Shown here in pieces: positions 1-7,868 of a stretch of 20,000 bases of DNA. The notes under the pieces were generated by a model. It saw only the letters and a list, made by a program, of their open reading frames with translations, was not told the DNA's origin and did no database searches. Position 1 is the first letter of the stretch. The number at the start of each line of letters is the position of its first letter. The stretch comes from Folioceros fuciformis (Eukaryota), in NCBI GenBank assembly GCA_049999805.1, contig JBNGIO010006327.1, positions 239,689 through 259,688 of the forward strand. The letters run 5' to 3'. The position numbers and the translations under genes were made by a program.

Positions 1-118
1 GAGCACAGACACTAAGGGCATCCAGCAGCTGAGCAGAGAGCAGAGCTGGATGGCACGCGCGTCGCGCCTGTACATTTTCACAACCTGTGTTGTTTATCTT
101 GCGGGGGTGCCGTGCTGC

Positions 119-1372
119 TCACAAGGAAGTTGCAGGGCCAGGGTAGCCGTGTCGAGCGGAGGATCCGCCGCTCTTGAACGGGCGCGCGCGGATCACCAGG
201 TCGTGGTAGGCTGTCGCCAAGGCAGCACCGATAAACGGCCCGACCCAAAACACCCACTGCACAGTGCACACAGGCGGATACCATCATGAGCCAACAGCAT
301 GGATCTCGTTGCTGCCCAGAAGCGAAGCCCACATGCAAACAGTTGTCAAAAACCAGCCAGCCGCATGCCAGCAGCGCCGTACTACCAATGCATTCACCGA
401 AAAAGCTCACTCACATGATCACGCCAGACTTGGTCGTGGTCCACGACGGCAGCGACTCCGAAGCTCCTGGCTGGATTGATTCCCGTCCCGGTGATCGGAA
501 GCGTGCCAAGGATCACCAGAAACACCGCGAATCCGATCGGCAAGGGCGCGAGGATCTACCGTGCAGCGCATTGGGAGCTGGTCAGAGCTGGATTCAGCGT
601 TACCCACCAATAATCAACACACCTCCATCCTGAACTCGATTCATACCGGAACGTGAGAATCACGGGCATTCCTCTTGGCGTCGGTAGCCGAGAGCACGGT
701 GTGGACGAGGACGAAGGTGCCAACGATCTCGGCTCCCAGCCCCGTCGCCTTGGTGTATCCGTGCTGCACGGTGTTGGCGGCCCCCGCGCCGTATCGGTCG
801 AAGAACGCGGACTGCCATCTCTTCACCAACCCCACCCCCGCCACGGCTCCAGAACACTGCGCCACTGCGTAAATGAAAAATCTGGGGAGCGACACCTTCC
901 TGGCCAGTAGGAAGGCGAAAGTCACTGCCGGATTGAGGTGCCCACCTGTAAGACCACAATCGCAGAACTGATGTGAGCAGTAGCAGACATATCATGCCAT
1001 CGTCACCACCCAGCACAAAGACCGACCCGAGATGCCAGCGGTGGCGTAGACGAGCACGAAGATGGCTCCCCCGAACGTCCAGGCGATGGCGCGGATCCCG
1101 GCTCCGGACCCGGGCTCGGCCTCCTCGTTGCGGAGGTGGCCGACGATGGTGTTCACGGCGAGGTAGAGGAAGATCAGTGTCGCCACGAACTCGGTGATGG
1201 CTGCCCGCCAGAGGCCCCAAGTCCCGAGCTCGGCGGTATCGAAGAGCGCCACAGGCGGCGTCTCTTTGTAGTCCTTCGGGAGTAGGAGCTGCGGGCCCGT
1301 ACCCAGAGGAACTCGCTCCTTGAATCTTGCGGCTCCTACGTTCACATCTTCGGTCGAGGCGGCGTCCGCCAT
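119..1372 (-). CDS. PIP: Plasma membrane intrinsic protein (PIP aquaporin, PIP1-like termini, divergent), 307 aa, 4 exons
   Basis: Exons 1372-1027, 945-647, 555-415 and 256-119 join in frame (924 nt) through GT-AG introns at the three canonical PIP positions ([42 protein letters not shown]). NPA boxes at 934-926 and 477-469. N-terminus [21 protein letters not shown] and C-terminus VIRARPFKS resemble PIP1. Stop TGA at 121-119. Confidence 0.96.
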
Positions 1373-2057
1373 CGTCCGAGAATGAACTCCCTTGCTGCCT
1401 GCGGAGCGGATGCAAAGCGCCGGCTACGAGACGAACAGAAAGTATGGCATTTGAGAAGCAGAGCGCTCAGCGCGGGGATGCTGCCGCTCTGTCTGCTGCC
1501 ACTTGCATATATTTGATAGGTGCACGAGGAAGGAAGCGCGGAGGCCGTACATAGTGGAGTCAGGCATCCGACGCATTATGTGGATTTCCCGCTTTCATGC
1601 TTATGAATGTAGACCAGCTTTGTGTCAGGATGCCACCACATTAACAGGGCATCGTATGGAGTTGTATGACAACAACCAAGTCAGGGCAGGTGCGGCTGGG
1701 CTAAGAAATGGAAACCAACAAGGCAGCTTGCAAACGTTCCACGAAATCATTCATGTGAATGTAGTAGTCTCTCGTGCAGGCGTATCCGTGTGCAACTGTC
1801 GGCAATACGGAATCCGAAGTCGAGCAAGGGAAGCCTGAAGGTGATAGTCCACAAATTAGACTTGAGAGCGAGGGCTCCAACCTGATGTGCTTGCAGCTAT
1901 GCCACTTACGTTAGCCCAGTCTAGATGATGCTGAGCATTTCAGACCAATGCAGAAGGCACCCGATTCTGTGACATTCGTTTGCCTCCTGCAGACATGTGC
2001 AAGTACGTGGGCACCCCAGCGTGAAGATGGGAAAGCAGCTTTATGCACGACGGAGCA

Positions 2058-3400
2058 AAGCTACGTTGTCTCCGTGGTCCACCTCGGCATATCCTCCTAT
2101 CACGCCATTTAACACCACGCTTGCGGAAACTGTTACATATCTGCTCGAGATCCTTCCTTCATGCTCTCGCACTTTGCACATGAACTAACCAGAGTGCTTC
2201 CAACAAACGTTCTGGATTCAAAATTCCCCCTTCCCGAACTCGAACATGGATTTGCTTCCCCTTTTGCAAGAACCGCCCTTTTTCATTACGCCTGCTAAGA
2301 GCTGCACTCCTCCTTTTCTGCAATGCCGCCACACGCCCGGATGGCAGTCAAAGAATATTCAAGCATTCGGACTAATGCCAGTCTCTGGCATCCGCCAATG
2401 CTGCTTGCCCTAGACAGGAAGGGCTCCCAGGCCTCCCAGGCCCTGCCTAGCTGGTGATGAACCTGGAGCCAATGCTCGTGGTCTTAACAGGCATTGCCTC
2501 GAGGTTCATCACCGCTCTCTGTCATCATCAACGCCTCAGGCACACGACGTCGCTGCTGAGTCACTTGGGTGTGCCGCTGGCCTAGAGAAGATGAGTCGAT
2601 TACAGGGCTCTTGGCCGGCAGATCCGAGTCTGACGAAGTCTTCACTCTAAGCAAGTTGTAGTTGTATTTCACGTTCTTCATGGTGGGCTTGTCAGTGCTT
2701 CCATAGTCCTCAGTGCTTCCGAAATGCGCGATGACACCGTCCAGTGACTAGTCCGATCAAGCAACCTGGTCCCACATTTTGCATGCATGTTGGCCGAAAA
2801 GTCGTCGACCAACAGCTCAGACCTGATGTCCTCCACATAATTTGCACATGGACCTGCTTCTCCGCCTCCAAAGCTTGGATGCACACATTTGTGCATGCGT
2901 GCAGGAGGCACACAAATGTCACACAGTTGGTTACGGAGAGGTCTTCTTCTTGTAGGGAGGGACACCTTAAAGATGAAGGGCCTCCCTCCCTTCGCCCTAC
3001 AGTGAATGCATGATGTAACTACATCTTTCTGACGAACACCATCAGACACCCTGAGCATCTTCCCAGTGCTAAGAGACATACAAGTGTACCAAACTGTTGG
3101 CTAAAATCCACATCATTCAACTATCTTTGACCTCTGATTTTTGCTTGAAGCTGCTTCCTCCATCTCCAAAACCCGCACACGCAGATGGCAGGAGGCACGC
3201 GATTGCCATTGAATTGGCTGTAGTGACACGCCCTCTCCTTGTGTGGCACTGTACAGGGCCAATGGCTTCCAGATTCACGCCCTGCCGGGAGTACCCTGCA
3301 CACTTGGCATTCCCCTCACCACATGTTCCCGATCAAGTCTATCAAGCAATATCTCTGAGCATGCTCCAGACTGAAATCCTTTGCACCTATTGTCTAGGGC
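2058..3400 (-). pseudogene. Decayed PLS-class pentatricopeptide repeat (PPR) gene
   Basis: Manual minus-strand translation across frames gives ordered PLS motif fragments: SLEHAQR..DRLDREHVV (~3372-3320), GYSRQG..EAI, ANSLVHLY (3101-3078), WEDAQ..DGVRQKDVVT, TFVCLLHAC..ALEAEKQVHVQI (~2920-2835), NMHAKCG, ETGISPNA*IF/LTAIRACGGIAEKEE (~2386-2307), LQKGKQIHVRV, FESRTFVGSTLVSSCAKCESM (~2225-2160), VVLNGVIGGYAEVDHG (~2118-2070). These match the consensus [38 protein letters not shown] / TFV-LL-AC--GALE-GKQ-H. Many stops and frameshifts; ends approximate. Confidence 0.85.
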
Positions 3401-4009
3401 CTATGCGAACAGAAGAAAAATACTATCCCCGCTGGCACCATATGACGGATACTGACATTGGGCTCTGCCGTTCCGCTACAGTGTTTCAGCCTTCACAATT
3501 GTCGCACTCGATACAGTAGGACTTCCAGAGGGATTGACATGTAGCCAATACTAAACCGCATAAATCAAGAAACTGGGTGAGGACGCCCTGAGCTGGAATG
3601 ACTCCTGTCAAGAGGCTCCGTCAGATAAAAACAGACTTCACACCAAGACCTGCCTGCCAAAGGCGAACGAAGCTTTATAGGTACCACCCTCCATTATGCG
3701 ATGCCAAGGACGGAGGCGTACTTGCTGACCCTAATTAAAGGCCTCCTCACCTCCCAACAATAAAAGCAAGTACATTCTTGGTTTGAGCAAGAGTTGTCTA
3801 ACCAATCCCTCTTAATAAAATTTCGGATTTGGAGGTGCCCTTGCCACCGGTTGTTACTAGGAGGTTAGACTTTATCCTCCACCCCAAAATCCTAACTTTA
3901 TACTAGAGAGGCATCTTATTGCTAGACTTATTTTGAGGGGTGGTGTGTACTAGCTACTTATATGTTGTGGGCTTACTCTACTTGTTTGAGGGATGGTATA
4001 CACTTACCA

Positions 4010-4089
4010 CCACATGTGTTGTGTGCCTACTCCACTACATTCCTTCAAGCCACATGTGTTGTGTGTCTACTCCACTACATTCCTTCAAG
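4010..4089. repeat. 40-bp tandem duplication (2 copies, 39/40 identical)
   Basis: ccacatgtgttgtgtg(c/t)ctactccactacattccttcaag at 4010-4049 and 4050-4089. Confidence 0.95.
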
Positions 4090-4242
4090 TGAACATTGTG
4101 ATGCTGACCTGCAAATGCCATGATTTTACATGAAGGGGATGGTGTCTCAAGCCACCACTACATTCCTACAGGTGAACATTGTGATGCAAACTTTGCAAAT
4201 GCCATGATTTTACACATAGGGGGTGGTGTCTTCAGCCACCAC
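4072..4242. repeat. ~83-bp imperfect tandem duplication (2 copies), overlapping the 40-bp repeat
   Basis: ccactacattcc..gtgaacattgtgatgc..tgcaaatgccatgattttaca..gggg.tggtgtct..agccac at ~4072-4154 and ~4155-4242. Confidence 0.9.
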
Positions 4243-4277
4243 ATGGTGCCTTCTCGCTCCTAGTTTTCGAGCTATAA

Positions 4278-4322
4278 ACTAGTAGGCCTTCAAGAGGAGA
4301 CTAGTTAGGCCTTCAAGAGGAG
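4278..4322. repeat. 22/23-bp tandem duplication
   Basis: actagt(t)aggccttcaagaggag at 4278-4299 and 4300-4322. Confidence 0.9.
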
Positions 4323-4574
4323 TAGAATTGTGTCACTTGGTCTTGGTTAGATGATGCTAGGACGGATAGGGTCTATCTAGACCTCACGAAGGCGTGTTGA
4401 TTGGTCGTGGTAAGGAGTAAGGTTAGGTTTTTCGTCTTAAGCTAGTGGCCTCAGCATATGAGGCAACAGTCACGACTCTCTGCACCCGTCATTCGACATC
4501 ACAATCCCCTAATTCACAAGAGGTCCTAAATTTTATGGCGAAGAAGCTTTTCTTATATGGATAGGGCGATATTT

Positions 4575-5175
4575 GGCCGAGCCCTCATTTATGCCCCACA
4601 TCTTTCTTTAGGTAGTTTTTTTGGAAAATCTATAGCCATCTCTAAGACTACTGTTCTCCTCAAGAATCTCTCCAATGGTTTTTGGTTTTGCAAGGAGGAA
4701 GGTGTCCCTTAAATTTCTCATGTTTCAATGGCTGCTAGCAAATTGCTAACCATAAAGAATGTCATTCTTAGGGTGTGTCCAATTGCTATAGGAGATAAGT
4801 TCTTATAGCTCATCAATAGGAGTATTGTTATTTAGCTCTAGAAAAACTTGCAATGTCATCTTAGTCCTCACATATTCAAGATTGCAACTTTAGGAGTCGA
4901 TGTTTCAGTGGTACTACAGTCTCACTTGGACTAGGTCACTATGCAAATGGACATAGAAAACACCTCAAACATAGTATCCCGGGCGGCTATTTTTTATGAG
5001 CTTTTGGGCTAGATGGGCAGCTAGCAAGCCTCATTCCTTTTGTTCGCTCCTTCTACAAGTCGCCTTCTCTTCTTTACTATAAGTCTAGGCTGATGCTAAA
5101 GGGGGTTTTAATGCTTGATTTAGCGAAAAGCACAAGGTTGGAAGATCCCTTGGCCAAGAGCTCTCTTTGTCATGG
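4575..5175 (+). mobile_element. Decayed non-LTR retrotransposon RT fragment (CRE-like/RLE-type), copy 1
   Basis: The frame starting at 4731 reads AASKLLTIK..VCPIAIGDKFL*LINRSIVI*L*KNLQCHLSPHIF..LD*VTMQMDIENTSNIVSRAAIFYEL, followed by LIPFVRSFY and STRLEDPLA (~5129-5155). These match the RT motifs RPIAVGE, SPHQFGV, D..NAFN and QGDPL. Multiple stops; ends approximate. Confidence 0.85.
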
Positions 5176-5182
5176 CTTACTC

Positions 5183-5510
5183 TTTTTTTTTTTCTTGCGA
5201 AACAGAATTAGATAAAACAAGAAGAATTTTGCTTGGAGAGTACATAGATTGAGTCGAGATCCTATTGATAGTCACAACATGCTGAAAGGAAAGGCCTAAC
5301 AAGAGGAGTAATGATCCTATATCCTGATTACCTTCCCCAAGGACACCTGTGGTTCCATGAAGTGTCCCGGCCCAACCGTAGAAAACCGGCCATAACCCAA
5401 TCCTTCTTCTTAAATTTTTGAGGAGATGAGGCTTTGAGACTTTCCCCCGCAATTAGTACCTGCTCCCAGATACGCCATGCTACCGCCTTGGTGGAAAGCG
5501 AGGTCCTCCC
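5183..5510 (-). mobile_element. Probable 5'-truncated LINE 3' end with poly(A) tail, antisense between the two CRE-like copies
   Basis: T11 tract at 5183-5193 is A11 on the minus strand. It is preceded by a T-rich UTR-like segment and a Trp-rich reading frame (AVAWRIWEQ..KFKKKDW..G..WNHRCP) reminiscent of L1-type ORF2 C-termini. The segment interrupts the CRE-like homology. No TSD recognised. Confidence 0.4.
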
Positions 5511-5511
5511 G

Positions 5512-7100
5512 TGACCATTTTCGAGATTATTTTTTCTCATGAGGATCCTTTAAGTGGTTTTTCGGAGCTTTGTACACTACAAACTGCTATAGCTAGAGAT
5601 GAAGTTCCCAATCGAATCTCTCAAGTTTAGGGGGCAAGCAGGTTGCCAACGTTGGAAAAACCTACATCAAGAGTGTGCCCTATTGCCATGGGGAAGGTGT
5701 TTCTACACCTCATCAGCTAAAGTATCGCAATTCAACTTTGGGAGCACTTCCAAGCACATCTTGCATCCCACCACTTTGGGATTGCTACTTCAAATGGGTG
5801 TGAATATGCTACCCTCGGCATCTAGGCGGCCCTCGAGTTACATCCTCACTGGGTAGCTTTGCATGTTAATATCGAGAATGTGTTCAACATCGTCTCTAGG
5901 GTCGTCATCTTCTCAGAGCTTAAGAGAGCACGAGATCAATTGGTTGGTCTTATTCCTTTTGTTTGCTCTTTCTATACGTTGGCCTTTTGGCCATAGAGGC
6001 CTCTGCCCTAGCTACCATTCTCAGTAGCTGGGCCTCTCCACTCCAATTTTGGCCTCTCGTTTTTTACTGCAAAATTCCTCTCTTCTCGAAGGTTTAATCT
6101 CATGTGTTGAGGAGGTGTTTTCTCTTTACAGATAACTCTTAGGTAAGTGAGGAACTCTTTACCTTTAGAGGTTTGTGAGGCTCTACCTTCTTTCACCTCC
6201 TTTTTTAACCCGAGGGTTGAAGGGTCTTCAAGCTTCGCTACTGGAAAAGCAATATAGCCTAGCACTAAGAGCCTTCTTTCGCACTCATCTATCCATAAGT
6301 CTTCTTAAGCTCAGATTCGCTCTTGTTCGGGTAAAAGAGCGAGCTCTAGAATTTTGGCTTGACCTTGCATCCAAGTGTTTTGAATCGCACCAATAACTTT
6401 CTCTGCTGCCATAAGATTTCACCTAGGTTTGGCCCACCCCTTGGCTTTTTCTCTCTCTACATGTAGTTATGAGATTGTCATTGTCGACACAAGGTCTCAT
6501 CTAGTACGTTGTTTAGTCAAGGGGCACCGCATTGCCATCCTTGATGCAGTTCGGGATGTCATGTTCTCAATGACTACAGAATGTGGGTTTCTTCGGTACA
6601 CTTATGTGCATGACATTTATATACTTTGCACAATGGGGTTTCACTTCAAGCTAGCCTTTTTTTTTTTTTACTAAGGGGGAACAGTTTTGTGTCGCTATGT
6701 GGTTGTTACGGATCCCACTAGAGTTTCAATTTGCGAGCATGTCATCATCAACCCCTCTGGATGGGTAGTAGAGCGTTGTGCAAGCTCCAAACTCCATAAG
6801 TATTCTTCCCAACAAGACAAACATATTTTTATCTCCTTTGCTCTTGAGACTCATGGGGCCATGGGTAAGAACTTTTCAAGGTTCACTAAAAAGTGCGCCA
6901 AGGTTTATTAAAGTATTAGGAATGGTGTTTATTAAAGTATTAGGAATGGTGTTCTTCCTCTTTCCTATTTAGTGGTGTTCTTTCGATAACGAGTATCCAT
7001 TGCTTTGCAAAGAGCATTGGCCAATGCAATTTTTAAAATAGTAACAAGCACAAGTCAAGCAACTTTTTCAGCATTGGTGCTAGGTAGGCTTTTGTTATTG
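5512..7100 (+). mobile_element. Decayed CRE-like non-LTR retrotransposon, copy 2 (partial RT, zinc-knuckle remnant, restriction-like endonuclease)
   Basis: DHFRDY..HEDPLSGF (~5514), LEKPTSRVCPIAMGKVFLHLIS*SIAIQL..HHFGIATSNGCE..LELHPHWVALHVNIENVFNIVSR..LIPFVCSFY (5652-5976). After an apparent internal deletion come IRSCSG..RFHLGLAHP..C..HLVRC..DAVRD (knuckle remnant, ~6315-6560), VVVTDPTR..K..KY..FISFALETHG (RLE, 6690-6860) and FR*RVSIALQRA (~6981-7016). The order RT, knuckle, RLE is typical of early-branching RLE-type non-LTR elements. Confidence 0.85.
6903..6950. repeat. 24-bp perfect tandem duplication
   Basis: gtttattaaagtattaggaatggt at 6903-6926 and 6927-6950. Confidence 0.95.
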
Positions 7101-7161
7101 TACATCATGATATTTTGGTAATAGTAGGTAGTTTTTGAAAATGATGCTCGAAGGGGTTAGT

Positions 7162-7289
7162 AGCCCTTTTGGGCTTTGGCTCTAGTCGGGTTGTTCCTCC
7201 AATCTTTGAAGTAGTGGAATTTTCCAGCCCTTTTGGGCTTTGGCTCTAGTCGGGTTATTCCTCCCATCTTTGAAGTAGTGGAATTTTCC
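7162..7289. repeat. 64-bp tandem duplication (62/64 identical)
   Basis: agcccttttgggctttggctctagtcgggtt(g/a)ttcctcc(a/c)atctttgaagtagtggaattttcc at 7162-7225 and 7226-7289. Confidence 0.95.
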
Positions 7290-7868
7290 ATCTCTTTTTT
7301 AATAATAGAAAATAATTATTTATTAGACAACATTGAAAAGATGAGCTCTTCGTATTCGTGATACTTGCATTGGAGTAAAGTTCGAAATGATGACCATTGG
7401 ATAGTTGTCATCAAAACAAAGTGCTAGAGGTAGATTGGATTGATCATCATTGGTATGAATCCCTAGATTATAATGTATAAATAGATAAACTTCATTTGAT
7501 TTATAATTACCTGTGAATAGATTTATCTTGAACATTTACATTTCCCTCCGCGTCTTTAGAGGTTAAATATGCCCTAGTATAATCGCCCATACAGATCTAT
7601 CTGTTGGAGCGACGGAGCTGGCGGGGGTGATGAGCGTCGAGGAGAGGAGGGAAGAAAGGGTCGAGGCGCGCAGAGAATAAGGTGGGTTACGTTATGTGTA
7701 CATATGCATGCATGCTGGTGGTACCACGCTCTTGCTCCCAAGAAGTGGAGAGGCCGGCCGGGGGTTTAATAAAGGGACATCGGCCGGGAAAGGGTTTGAG
7801 CCGGCTGTTTACGGTGTACTGCGCGCCTCAGTACCCACACTTACCGACCTAGCTGCTGATGAGCAGGA

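Noticed and set aside
660-1415. 251-aa Arg-rich minus-strand ORF overlapping PIP
   Set aside because: Alternative frame of GC-rich PIP exons with a non-ATG start; no independent evidence.
4010-4322. Possible CRISPR-like array
   Set aside because: Repeats are directly adjacent, with only two copies each and no unique spacers, in a eukaryotic context without cas genes.
7360-7440. Peptide HWIVVIKTK..RGR resembling a CACTA transposase C-terminal segment
   Set aside because: Only one short motif, requiring a frameshift, and no terminal inverted repeats; not supportable without an HMM search.
7704-7715. RY-like ATGCATGCATGC upstream of SWI3
   Set aside because: Short motif without supporting context.
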